39,258 nt of DNA from Rhodoglobus sp. (GTDB taxonomy: Bacteria; Actinomycetota; Actinomycetes; Actinomycetales; Microbacteriaceae). The position numbers and the translations under genes are program-made. The notes under the pieces were generated by a model. The model ran no database searches. It was not told the DNA's origin and saw only the letters and a program-made list of their open reading frames with translations. The stretch covers positions 1 to 39,258 of the forward strand of contig JBDUEC010000001.1 of assembly GCA_040002655.1 (NCBI GenBank), written 5' to 3'. Shown here one piece after another: positions 18,800-30,376 of the stretch (the stretch's first letter is position 1; each line of letters starts with the position of its first letter).

Positions 18800-19402
18800 T
18801 TACCTTTCCGCCGGGCGACCGGCGATTCCGTAGGTGATGAGGGAGGCGAGTTCGTCGGTCGGGAACTCGTAGTCTTCGTTCATGGGCGGGATGGATGCCG
18901 CGAACGACACCAACCGCAGGAAGTGGGCGACCCGCTCCGGGCTGACATTCAGCAGCTCAAGGTCCGGTTCGATCGCCCGTGAGATGAGCTCGACGTACTC
19001 CCGGTTGACCTGTCGAGCCGGCGGCCGTTCGCCCGGGCCGCCGAGTGCGCGCATGATGCCGAACACACCGGCCATCCGGGAGCGGATGAAGAACACGATG
19101 TCGTTTATCTTCTGCTCGAGGGTCTCCTGCGGGTCGATTCCCCGGATCGCGTTGCGTAGCGGCTCCGGGTCGAGGAACTTCTCCACGACCGCCTGGATGA
19201 GCGACTCCTTGTCGCCGAACGCGCGGAAGATGGTGCCCTCCGCCAATCCGGTGGCCTCAGCGATCTGCCGCGTCGAGACATCGCGCCCGTGCTCGAGAAT
19301 GAGGGGCGTGACGGCGCCGATGATCATCGCCCGGCGATCCTCGACCGACAGCGGGCGCGCACGGGTCGACGTCGTGTCGGCAGGCGTCTTGAGTGTGTCC
19401 AC
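18800..19402 (-). CDS. TetR/AcrR family regulator heading the ABC exporter operon
   Basis: HTH VSTRQIAEATGLAEGTIFRAFGDKESL. Confidence 0.92.
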   Translation of the reverse strand: MDTLKTPADTTSTRARPLSVEDRRAMIIGAVTPLILEHGRDVSTRQIAEATGLAEGTIFRAFGDKESLIQAVVEKFLDPEPLRNAIRGIDPQETLEQKINDIVFFIRSRMAGVFGIMRALGGPGERPPARQVNREYVELISRAIEPDLELLNVSPERVAHFLRLVSFAASIPPMNEDYEFPTDELASLITYGIAGRPAER

Positions 19403-19408
19403 TCGGGA

Positions 19409-19438
19409 ATACTAAGTGAGTGAGCACTCACTCCGCAA
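19409..19438 (-). promoter_or_regulatory. Leaderless promoter with TetR operator filling the spacer
   Basis: -35 TTGCGG (19433-19438); the 18-bp spacer is the inverted repeat AGTGAGTG-AG-CACTCACT (19415-19432); -10 TAGTAT (19409-19414) is 6 nt before GTG 19402. Confidence 0.75.
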
Positions 19439-19448
19439 CGCGAGTCGG

Positions 19449-20417
19449 TCAGCTGGGAGCGAACAACTCGGAGATCTCGGCCACCTCATCCGTGGTTGGC
19501 GTCCACTTGACGGATGCCGCGGCGTTCTGTTCGAGTTGCTCCGGCTTGGTGGCGCCGGCAATGACGCTGCTCAGCCCGGGCTGGGCCAGGAGCCAGCCGA
19601 AGGTCGCCTCGAGGATCGACAGGTCGCGCGCCGCCGCCCACTCCTCGAACTGCTCGATGCGATCCCACGGAGCGTTCTCCATCAGGTGCGGTCGCTGGCG
19701 CACAATGCGGGAGTCGGCAGGGCCGCCGGTGCGGGAGAACTTGCCGGTGAACAGGCCGTTGTACAGCGGGAAGTACGGCAGGAAGCCGAGCCCGAAGTGG
19801 TTCACTGCCGGTAGCACCTCCTTTTCGGCCTCGCGGGCCAGCAGGCTGTACTCGTTCTGTGCGGAGACGAAGTGTGCGGTGCCGTTGAGCGTCGCGGTGA
19901 GCTCGGCTTCTGCGATCTGCCAGCCCGCAAGGTTGGAGTGACCGAAGTACAGGATCTTTCCCTGCGTGACCAGGTCCTCGAGGGCATCGATCGTCTCTGC
20001 GATCGGGGTGATCGGGTCGGGCACGTGCAGCTGGTACAGGTCGATGTGATCGGTCTGCAGCCGACGTAGCGAATCCTCGACCGCGCGGCGGATGTACTGG
20101 CGCGAGCCCTTCGCTCCCCACGACGGGAAGCCCATATCGACGCCGGGATGCCCGAACTTCGACGCGAGCACGACCCGGTCCCGGCGCCCCTTCAGCGAGT
20201 GCCCGAGCAGGGTCTCGCTGAGCCCGGGGGTGCCGCCGTACATGTCGGCGGTGTCGATGAGCGTCACCCCGAGTTCGATGGCCGTGTTGATCACCGCATC
20301 CGTGCCCTGTTGGGTCTCGGTGACGGTTCCCTGCCTGCCGAAGTTATTGCCGCCCAGACCGATGGAGGAGACTCGCAGGCCCGACCGGCCGAGGGTTCGA
20401 TATTCGATTTCCGTCAT
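19449..20417 (-). CDS. Aldo/keto reductase
   Basis: YRTLGRSGLRVSSIGLG, IDTADMYG, SLRRLQTDHIDLYQLH, GHSN and QNEYSLL motifs; start ATG 20417. Confidence 0.93.
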   Translation of the reverse strand: MTEIEYRTLGRSGLRVSSIGLGGNNFGRQGTVTETQQGTDAVINTAIELGVTLIDTADMYGGTPGLSETLLGHSLKGRRDRVVLASKFGHPGVDMGFPSWGAKGSRQYIRRAVEDSLRRLQTDHIDLYQLHVPDPITPIAETIDALEDLVTQGKILYFGHSNLAGWQIAEAELTATLNGTAHFVSAQNEYSLLAREAEKEVLPAVNHFGLGFLPYFPLYNGLFTGKFSRTGGPADSRIVRQRPHLMENAPWDRIEQFEEWAAARDLSILEATFGWLLAQPGLSSVIAGATKPEQLEQNAAASVKWTPTTDEVAEISELFAPS

Positions 20418-20510
20418 CTTCCAATCCTCCACCTCTCGCGCGCGGCGCGCGTTCACCCCGTGTCCGAAAAGCGCTAGAACAAGGTCGGATGCCGCGTCTA
20501 CAGTCGAACC

Positions 20511-21020
20511 ATGTACACGAGAACTTCCACTCCCCCGGAGTACCTGCGCCGCATCGAGAGCCCGATCGGGCGCATTGAGATCACAAGCGATGGACCAGCT
20601 ATCACCTCCCTGTCCATCGAGCGCGCCGGCTCGCTCCCCTGGGAGGAACTGGATGAGCACAGCAACGCGGTGCTTGACACGGCGGCCGCCCAGCTCGGCG
20701 AGTACTTCGCCGGCGATCGCACCGCATTCGACCTCCCGGTCACCCCCGCTGGCACCGAATTCCAGCGGTCAGTCTGGGCCGAACTCTCCGGGCTCGACTT
20801 CGGCGAGGTGAGTTCATACGGCGCCATCGGCGAGGCTACCGGGCGGGCCACCGCCGGTCGCGCCGTGGGCGGCGCCGTGGGCGCCAACCCGATCGCGATC
20901 ATCATCCCGTGCCATCGTGTGCTGGCCTCCAACAACCGCATCACGGGGTACAGCGGTGGCAACGGCATCCCGACCAAGGTCTGGCTGCTCGACCACGAGG
21001 GCATTGAGCACAGCGCGTGA
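20511..21020 (+). CDS. ogt: Methylated-DNA--protein-cysteine methyltransferase
   Basis: GTEFQRSVW, RAVGGAVGANP and active-site IPCHRV. Confidence 0.95.
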   Translation: MYTRTSTPPEYLRRIESPIGRIEITSDGPAITSLSIERAGSLPWEELDEHSNAVLDTAAAQLGEYFAGDRTAFDLPVTPAGTEFQRSVWAELSGLDFGEVSSYGAIGEATGRATAGRAVGGAVGANPIAIIIPCHRVLASNNRITGYSGGNGIPTKVWLLDHEGIEHSA

Positions 21021-21613
21021 GCGGTACCGTCGTGGGAGCAGATGGCCGGGCGCGCTGTCCGTGGGTTGGGGCAGACCCGGAGTACCTGCGCTACCACGAC
21101 GAGGAGTGGGGCACCCCTCTGCATGGTGACCGGCCGCTGTTCGAGAAGATGAGCCTTGAGGGCTTCCAGGCGGGCCTGTCCTGGATCACCATCCTGCGCC
21201 GTCGCCCGCAGTTCCGTGAGGTGTTCCACGGTTTTGACATCGACCGGGTCGCTGCGATGACTCCCGCCGAGGCGGATGCCCTGATGCAGGACGCGCGCAT
21301 CATCCGCAACCGGGCGAAGATCGAGGCCACCATCGGCAACGCGCGCCTGCTGCAGGAGTTGCGCCGCGACCACGACGGCGTGCTCGACGAACTCATGTGG
21401 AGCTTCGCACCGCACCCGCGTGGGCGCGCACGTGCGAACGCGGGCGAGATCCCGGCCGTGACCGCAGAGTCGACCGCCATGAGCAAGGCCCTGCGAACAC
21501 TCGGGTTCCGCTTCGTCGGCCCGACAACGATGTACGCGCTGATGCAGTCGGCCGGCATGGTGGATGACCACGTGGCCGGGTGCTGGCGCGCGACGGGCGC
21601 AACCACGACCTAG
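21017..21613 (+). CDS. tag: DNA-3-methyladenine glycosylase I
   Basis: RCPW, YHDEEWG, LEGFQAGLSWITIL, IIRNRAKI, GFRFVGPTT and DDH...C motifs; GTGA overlap with ogt. Confidence 0.95.
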   Translation: MSGTVVGADGRARCPWVGADPEYLRYHDEEWGTPLHGDRPLFEKMSLEGFQAGLSWITILRRRPQFREVFHGFDIDRVAAMTPAEADALMQDARIIRNRAKIEATIGNARLLQELRRDHDGVLDELMWSFAPHPRGRARANAGEIPAVTAESTAMSKALRTLGFRFVGPTTMYALMQSAGMVDDHVAGCWRATGATTT

Positions 21614-22356
21614 ACCCGCAGTTCAACCTCGCCCGGCGCGCCGTGTCTCAGGTGGATGCCGCTGGCCATCGCCCAGTCGATGAGCGAGTCGACCGAATCG
21701 TGATCCACCCCCGACTCGAGGATCGCCCGCACCAACTCGCCCTTGCCCCTCTTGTTGAAGTGGTTGAGCGCACGAACAGCGCCGTCCGACCCCTCCGTCA
21801 CGACCCGCAGGAAGACGGCGCCGGCCCGAACGGGAGCCTCGCCGAGCTCGACGTAGGCCTCCGAGCGCAGGTCGAGGATCAGGCCGGCGCGCGCGTCCAG
21901 CAGGGCGGCGATCGGCGTGCGCCACAGGTCCCGGAGACGCAGGCCGGGCACTCGCGCGTCGTGGGAGAAGCGGTACGCGGGGATCGGGTCGTCCGCGTCG
22001 AGCAGCCCGAACAGGGCCGAGTGGATCGCGACCCGGCCCGACGCGAACGCGCGAGCGTCGGCGGCGAGGGTCGCGACATCCAGGTGGTCGTAGACAACTC
22101 CGGTGTACCGCTCCAGGGCGGGCATCGTCGGGGAGGTCGAGATGGCGCGGTTGCGATCGATCTCGAAACGCATGGTCGGCCCCAGCCGCAAGGCCCTGGT
22201 GGCGGCCTCGACGCTGCGGCTCACCGTCCTCAGCGCCGCGAGGGCACGGCGGCGCTGCGGCGTGAGCTGCGGGCTGGAGAGTGCCGCCAGATCGAGGCGC
22301 GAGGCATCCGCTCCCCCGTCACGTTTGGTCTCAGAGGGCGGGAGTAGCAGCAGCAC
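21610..22356 (-). CDS. yaaA: YaaA/DUF328 peroxide-stress DNA-binding protein
   Basis: MLLLLPPSETK, PALERYTGVVY, SALFGLL...IPAYR, LDLRSEAY and NKRGKG motifs. Confidence 0.85.
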   Translation of the reverse strand: MLLLLPPSETKRDGGADASRLDLAALSSPQLTPQRRRALAALRTVSRSVEAATRALRLGPTMRFEIDRNRAISTSPTMPALERYTGVVYDHLDVATLAADARAFASGRVAIHSALFGLLDADDPIPAYRFSHDARVPGLRLRDLWRTPIAALLDARAGLILDLRSEAYVELGEAPVRAGAVFLRVVTEGSDGAVRALNHFNKRGKGELVRAILESGVDHDSVDSLIDWAMASGIHLRHGAPGEVELRV

Positions 22357-22359
22357 CAG

Positions 22360-22878
22360 TCAGTCGCTGAGGAACGCGATCGCCCGCTCGACGTTCACGC
22401 CGAGGGGCTCCACGGAATCGAGCGTGATACGGGCGATTGCTCCACTCGGCCCACTCCATTCGGCGTAGTCGTCGAAGCTCTGCTCAACCGCGTTCCAGGA
22501 CAACTGGTGATGCGGCATGCTCTTCTGCCAGTTCTCGATGCGGCTGCGGTGCAGCTCGGGGTCGGAGCAGACGACTTCGATGAACTTGATGGGCTCGGAG
22601 AGCTGGTTAGCCAGGTTCACCCACTGCTCACGCGCCGGCGCAACCGCGTTCACCGCGTCGACCATGGCACCGGTGCCCGAGACCAGGATGCGCTCGGCGA
22701 GCGTTTCAGCGACCAGGTACGCGGCAAGACCGGTCGGCTGGTCGGCGTCGATGCCCGCCTGCAGGATCGCTGTCTCGATCGGGTCGACCGACACCACGGG
22801 AATGCCGAGGCGCGACGCAACGACCTGCCCGATAGTCGACTTGCCGGTTCCGGGCAGCCCAGCCATTGCGATCAGCAT
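22360..22878 (-). CDS. Small P-loop kinase/ATPase (AAA_33-like), substrate unknown
   Basis: N-terminal MLIAMAGLPGTGKST Walker A; 172 aa nucleotide-kinase-like layout. Confidence 0.85.
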   Translation of the reverse strand: MLIAMAGLPGTGKSTIGQVVASRLGIPVVSVDPIETAILQAGIDADQPTGLAAYLVAETLAERILVSGTGAMVDAVNAVAPAREQWVNLANQLSEPIKFIEVVCSDPELHRSRIENWQKSMPHHQLSWNAVEQSFDDYAEWSGPSGAIARITLDSVEPLGVNVERAIAFLSD

Positions 22879-22880
22879 GA

Positions 22881-23165
22881 TCAGGCCTGGCTGGCCAGTT
22901 CAGCGTTTCGGGCGACCACCGTCACGGTGTCGTGCTCGACCGAGAGAAACCCGTCCTCCGCGATCGCCGTGATGAGCTGGCCATCGACGGTCGTCACGCG
23001 CACCTCGCCGGCGGCGAGGATCGCGAGAATCGGCTCGTGACCGGGCAGGATGCCGATCTGGCCGACCGTCGTACGCGCGATGATCTGCTTGGCCTTGCCC
23101 GACCAGAGTTCGCTGTCCGCCGAGACGACACTCACATGCAGTTCACGCCCACCGAGTTCGGCCAT
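22881..23165 (-). CDS. atpC: ATP synthase F1 epsilon (short form, 94 aa)
   Basis: LHVSVVS...GQIGILPGHEP...GFLSV; ATG 23165 lies 2 nt after the atpD stop. Confidence 0.92.
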   Translation of the reverse strand: MAELGGRELHVSVVSADSELWSGKAKQIIARTTVGQIGILPGHEPILAILAAGEVRVTTVDGQLITAIAEDGFLSVEHDTVTVVARNAELASQA

Positions 23166-23167
23166 GA

Positions 23168-24667
<1,500 letters not shown>

Positions 24668-24682
24668 CTACTGTGCTGTCTG

Positions 24683-24706
24683 GTGATCACGCCGAGGCGT
24701 GATCAC
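24683..24706. repeat. Perfect inverted repeat (hairpin) at the atpG-atpD junction
   Basis: GTGATCACGCC-GA-GGCGTGATCAC, overlapping the atpG stop codon. Confidence 0.7.
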
Positions 24707-25602
24707 TTAGCCGAGCCCAGGGCGTCTGCGCCGCCCACGATCTCGGAAATCTGTTGCGTGATCTCGGACTGGCGGGCGTTGTTCGCCAGCCGGGTGTACG
24801 TGGTGATGAGCTTGTCTGCGTTGTCGCTCGCTGACTTCATGGCCTTCTGGGTGGCCGCGTGCTTCGCCGCCGCCGACTGCAGCATCGCGTTGAAGATGCG
24901 GCTCTCGATGTAGACGGGCAGCAGGGCATCCAACACGTTGCCCACATCCGGCTCGAACTCGTACGCGGGCAGCGCCTCGTTCTCGCCCGGTGCCTCAACA
25001 CCCTCGACGATCTCGAGCGGCAGCAGTCGCACGACCTCCGGCACCTGCACCAGCATGCTGACGAAACGGTTGTAGACGATGTGGATCTCGTCCACTCCGC
25101 CCTCGCTCGCGGGCTGGATGAACTTGGCGACGAGTGCATCGCCGATCTCCTGCGCGGTCTCGAACACCGGCGCATCCGTGCCGCCGGTCCAGATCTGCTC
25201 GGCGGCGCGCTTGCGGAAGGCGAAGTAGCCGACCGCCTTGCGTCCGACCAGGTAGTGCACGACATCCTTGCCCTGTCCGCGGAGACGAGCAGCGAGTTCG
25301 CCGGCCTCGCGCAGCACGTTCGTGTTGAACGCGCCGGCCAGTCCACGGTCGGACGAGAAGATGACGATCGCTGCGCGCTCGACCTTCTCGGGCTCCGTGG
25401 TGAGGATGTGGTCGACGTTCGAGAACGTCGCCACCGCCGACACGGCGCGCGTGATGGCGCGCGAGTACGGCCCGGAGGCCGCCACCCGCTGCTGCGCCTT
25501 CTGGATGCGCGAAGCGGAGATGAGCTCCATGGCCCGAGTGATCTTCTTGGTCGTCTGGGCAGACTTGATCTTCTGCCGGTAGACCCGAAGTTGCGCTCCC
25601 AT
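24703..25602 (-). CDS. atpG: ATP synthase F1 gamma
   Basis: [20 protein letters not shown] and [16 protein letters not shown] motifs. Confidence 0.98.
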   Translation of the reverse strand: MGAQLRVYRQKIKSAQTTKKITRAMELISASRIQKAQQRVAASGPYSRAITRAVSAVATFSNVDHILTTEPEKVERAAIVIFSSDRGLAGAFNTNVLREAGELAARLRGQGKDVVHYLVGRKAVGYFAFRKRAAEQIWTGGTDAPVFETAQEIGDALVAKFIQPASEGGVDEIHIVYNRFVSMLVQVPEVVRLLPLEIVEGVEAPGENEALPAYEFEPDVGNVLDALLPVYIESRIFNAMLQSAAAKHAATQKAMKSASDNADKLITTYTRLANNARQSEITQQISEIVGGADALGSAK

Positions 25603-25651
25603 GTCGTTCTAACTCTCTATGTCGTGGTCGATGGTTTCGTGGGCGAGAAGG

Positions 25652-27295
<1,644 letters not shown>

Positions 27296-27327
27296 TGCTT
27301 CCCTTTTTCCGTGCGTATGGGGGCGAG

Positions 27328-28119
27328 TCAGCTCGCCAGTCGAAGTCGAAGATCCGCGATGCGGTTTGCGATGGAGCCGTCGATGACTTCGTCACCGATC
27401 TGCACGCGCATTCCACCGAGGATGCTGGGATCAACCAGTTCGTTGATCAGAACCGAGTTGCCGTACTGCGCGGCCAGCGCCGTAGCGAGGCGCTCGGTCT
27501 GTGCCGCCGTGAGGGGCGCAGCCACGGTGACCGTCGCGATGGTGTGCCCGGCTTCCTCGGCGACGATGGAGGCCGCGTAGCGCACCAGCTCGTCGGTGCG
27601 CCGACCGCGCGGGTGGCCGATGAGTGCGTTCAGGATCGCCACGGTCTGCGGGCTCGCCTTACCGCCGAGCAGGGCCTCCACCAGGGCCACCTTGCCCTCA
27701 GCAGCGCCGAGACGGCTTCCGAGCCCAAGCTCCAGTTCGGAGCTCGACGCCACCGCCGTTGAGAACGCGAACAGCTCATCGTCGATCGACACGGTCTTCG
27801 GTGCAGACGCGGCGAGGGCACGGATGCCCAGGCGCTCTACTCCGGCGACGAAGTCCTCCTCAGACGACCAGCGCCCGCTCGCGAGTGATTCGAGCACGGC
27901 CTGAGCCGCCTTCGTGTACTCGCTGAACACCGCGTGGACGATCGAACTGCGACCCTCAACGGGCGCGGTGTCGTCGGTCAGAGCTGCGCGCAGCGGAGCC
28001 GAGCCATCGACAACGAGGGCAGCGGCAAGCAGCTGCTCGCCGGTTGCGAAGTCGATCGCACCCTGCGCCGTCAGAACGGCCGTGGCCGTGCCGAGCGATT
28101 CCCGTGTCGCTGAACCCAT
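27328..28119 (-). CDS. atpH: ATP synthase delta (long actinobacterial form)
   Basis: C-terminal [20 protein letters not shown]; position in the operon. Confidence 0.95.
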   Translation of the reverse strand: MGSATRESLGTATAVLTAQGAIDFATGEQLLAAALVVDGSAPLRAALTDDTAPVEGRSSIVHAVFSEYTKAAQAVLESLASGRWSSEEDFVAGVERLGIRALAASAPKTVSIDDELFAFSTAVASSSELELGLGSRLGAAEGKVALVEALLGGKASPQTVAILNALIGHPRGRRTDELVRYAASIVAEEAGHTIATVTVAAPLTAAQTERLATALAAQYGNSVLINELVDPSILGGMRVQIGDEVIDGSIANRIADLRLRLAS

Positions 28120-28121
28120 TG

Positions 28122-28676
28122 CTACGCCTTTGCCTTCGCGGCCGCAGCCTCAGATGCCTCGAGGTCAGCGAGGAAGCGGTCGACGATGTCGTTCGAACGC
28201 TTGTCGTTCAGGCTCTCGCCGATCACGCCGGAGGCGAGGTCGATCGCGATGGCACCCACCTCGGCGCGCAGCGAGACGAGGGCGCTCTGGCGCTCCGCCT
28301 CGATCTGCGCCTGGGCGCTGGTGACGATACGGGCGGCATCCGCCTGGGCCTGCTCGACGAGCTCGGCGCGGATGCGCTTCGCGTCCTCGCGGGCCTGGTC
28401 ACGGATGCCCGCAGCTGCAGCGCGCGCCTCGGAGAGCTGGGCGTTGTACTGCTCGAGCGCCGCCTGGGCACCGGCCTGCGCCTCTTCCGCGCGCTTGAGG
28501 CCACCCTCGATGGCCTCTGCGCGGGCGTCGAGTGCTGCGGTGAAACGCGGCAGCACCTTCCAGATCATGAAGACCAGGACGATCACGAAGGCGAGCGAAC
28601 CCCAGAACAGGTCGGGCAGCGCCGGGAGCAGCAGGCTGGGGCTGTCCTCACTCTTTGCTACGAATGCGATGAGCAT
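28122..28676 (-). CDS. atpF: ATP synthase Fo b
   Basis: N-terminal TM helix followed by an Ala/Glu-rich coiled coil; position in the operon. Confidence 0.95.
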   Translation of the reverse strand: MLIAFVAKSEDSPSLLLPALPDLFWGSLAFVIVLVFMIWKVLPRFTAALDARAEAIEGGLKRAEEAQAGAQAALEQYNAQLSEARAAAAGIRDQAREDAKRIRAELVEQAQADAARIVTSAQAQIEAERQSALVSLRAEVGAIAIDLASGVIGESLNDKRSNDIVDRFLADLEASEAAAAKAKA

Positions 28677-28713
28677 CCGGACTCCTTAGCTAAGTAGGTT
28701 GTGCGAGCGGGGG

Positions 28714-28935
28714 TTACGGCGCGGGGAACGGGATGAATGCAACACCGATGGCGATGAAGCAGAGCGCCTCCGTGAGCGCGATACCGATCCACATGAGGGT
28801 CTGCAGGCGACCCTGCAGCTCAGGCTGGCGAGCGACCGACTCGATGGTCTTGCCGACAATGATTCCTACGCCAATTGCCGAGCCGATGACGGCCAGACCG
28901 AAGGCGAGGGGCGCGAGTGCTCCGACTACGTTCAC
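28714..28935 (-). CDS. atpE: ATP synthase Fo c
   Basis: Two TM helices, RQPE loop, proton-carrying Glu in ALTEAL; AAGGA SD. Confidence 0.97.
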   Translation of the reverse strand: MNVVGALAPLAFGLAVIGSAIGVGIIVGKTIESVARQPELQGRLQTLMWIGIALTEALCFIAIGVAFIPFPAP

Positions 28936-28982
28936 AGGGTGGTTCCTTTCGAGGGGTGATGGGGAAAGACGACGGCGGGCAG

Positions 28983-29813
28983 TTAGTGCTCGTCCGCCAG
29001 AGCCATCTGGATGTAGATGGCAGTGAGGATCGTGAAGACGTAGGCCTGCAGCGCCCCGATGAAGATCTCGAGCACCACAAAGGCGATGCCGAAGGCGAAG
29101 GTACCGACACCGAGAAGCCCGAGCGGATTGCCGCCGGCGAGCACCGTGAAGAAGAAGAAGTTCGTGGCGAGGAACGCAAGCACCAGCAGCATGTGGCCCG
29201 CGACCATGTTCATCGTGAGTCGCAGGGTGAGCGTGATCGGCCGGATGATGAACGTCGACAGGAACTCGAGGAGAGCGATGACCGGCGTGATCGCGGCAGG
29301 AACACCGGGCAGGATGAGGGCGTTCTTGAAGAACCGCCCGCCGTGCTTACGGATGCCGGCATAGATGAACGTGACGTAGGCGACGATCGCCAGGATGATC
29401 GCCTGGCCGATGAGCCCCGTACTCGGAATCTGCAGGGCGGGCACCGTGCTCGTGAGGTTCAGGGCGAGCACCAGGAAGAAGATGCTCATCAGGATCGGCA
29501 TGAACCGCTTGCCGTCCTTCTCACCAAGCGTCTCGATGACAATTCCCTTGCGCACGAAGTCGACGACCAGCTCGAACGCCGCCTGGCGACGATTGGGGAT
29601 CAGCTTCATGCTGCGCGTGCCCAACCAGAGCACGAGCAGGAGGATGGCGACTGCGAACAGGCGGATGAGCATGACACGGTTCAACTCGAACGGCGTACCC
29701 GCGAACAGGATCGCCTGCGGGAAGAACTCGTCAATGGAGGGACCGTGGAATCCACCGTCATTACCGTCACCATCGACGAACGGGAGAAGCGAGACGAGAA
29801 GGGACGTGATCAG
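28983..29813 (-). CDS. atpB: ATP synthase Fo a (probable CTG start at 29813)
   Basis: RPITLTLRLTMNMVAGH and LQAYVF motifs; AGGAG SD 7 nt before an in-frame CTG. Confidence 0.93.
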   Translation of the reverse strand: MITSLLVSLLPFVDGDGNDGGFHGPSIDEFFPQAILFAGTPFELNRVMLIRLFAVAILLLVLWLGTRSMKLIPNRRQAAFELVVDFVRKGIVIETLGEKDGKRFMPILMSIFFLVLALNLTSTVPALQIPSTGLIGQAIILAIVAYVTFIYAGIRKHGGRFFKNALILPGVPAAITPVIALLEFLSTFIIRPITLTLRLTMNMVAGHMLLVLAFLATNFFFFTVLAGGNPLGLLGVGTFAFGIAFVVLEIFIGALQAYVFTILTAIYIQMALADEH

Positions 29814-29866
29814 TTGGGGGCTCCTGCATCGGGCGGCCGAAGCGCGCTCATGGGGGGTATGACCCC

Positions 29867-29875
29867 AGCCTATCA
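29867..29875 (-). promoter_or_regulatory. Putative extended -10 promoter (TGA-TAGGCT) upstream of atpB
   Basis: TGnTAGGCT on the minus strand in the 95-bp gap before atpB. Confidence 0.45.
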
Positions 29876-29908
29876 AATGTCTGCAGGCCGGATAACCGTG
29901 CCGAGCGA

Positions 29909-30376
29909 CTAGCGGTCGGTGCCAGGCAGGGTCTGAGCGGATGCCGACTGGCCGGGCAGATCGATGTCACCGACGTAGGGCACCCTGGCGCCGAGCATGG
30001 CGATCGCGTCGACCACGAGCGAGCCGATTACAGCCGCGATCAGTGTGAGCAGGAAGACCAGCGGATTCAGCCACGGCTGGTCTCTGAGGAGCACGAGGGC
30101 GCCGACGAACACGAGGAACTTGAGCGCCCACACCCCGACGATGATGCCGAAGTACCGACCGGTAGAGGGGTCCCCCGCTGTGGCTCGCTGGGCGAAGAGA
30201 ATGCTCAGAGTGGTGAGCCCCATGAAGACCGCGGCCAGCACAGCACCGACGAGCGCACTCAGCAGCCCGGGAACGCCGGCCACGAGGTAGCCGATCACCG
30301 ATCCGACGATCGCGACGGCGAGCGCGAGCATCCCGCCGAACACGAGCGCGCGGGTGAGCACGGGGGCGTTCTTCAC
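29909..30376 (-). CDS. Four-TM membrane protein, AtpI-like
   Basis: Four hydrophobic helices; located directly before atpB; GTGA overlap with the upstream gene. Confidence 0.75.
   Translation of the reverse strand: MKNAPVLTRALVFGGMLALAVAIVGSVIGYLVAGVPGLLSALVGAVLAAVFMGLTTLSILFAQRATAGDPSTGRYFGIIVGVWALKFLVFVGALVLLRDQPWLNPLVFLLTLIAAVIGSLVVDAIAMLGARVPYVGDIDLPGQSASAQTLPGTDR

Noticed and set aside
15077-18837. 677-aa and 414-aa plus-strand ORFs
   Set aside because: Antisense shadows of the ABC exporter genes.
20418-20660. N-terminal extension of the aldo/keto reductase
   Set aside because: Overlaps ogt; family similarity starts at ATG 20417.
28714-28935. Na+-translocating ATP synthase
   Set aside because: The c subunit has TEAL and lacks the Q...ES(T)...Y Na+ signature, so it is an ordinary H+ type.
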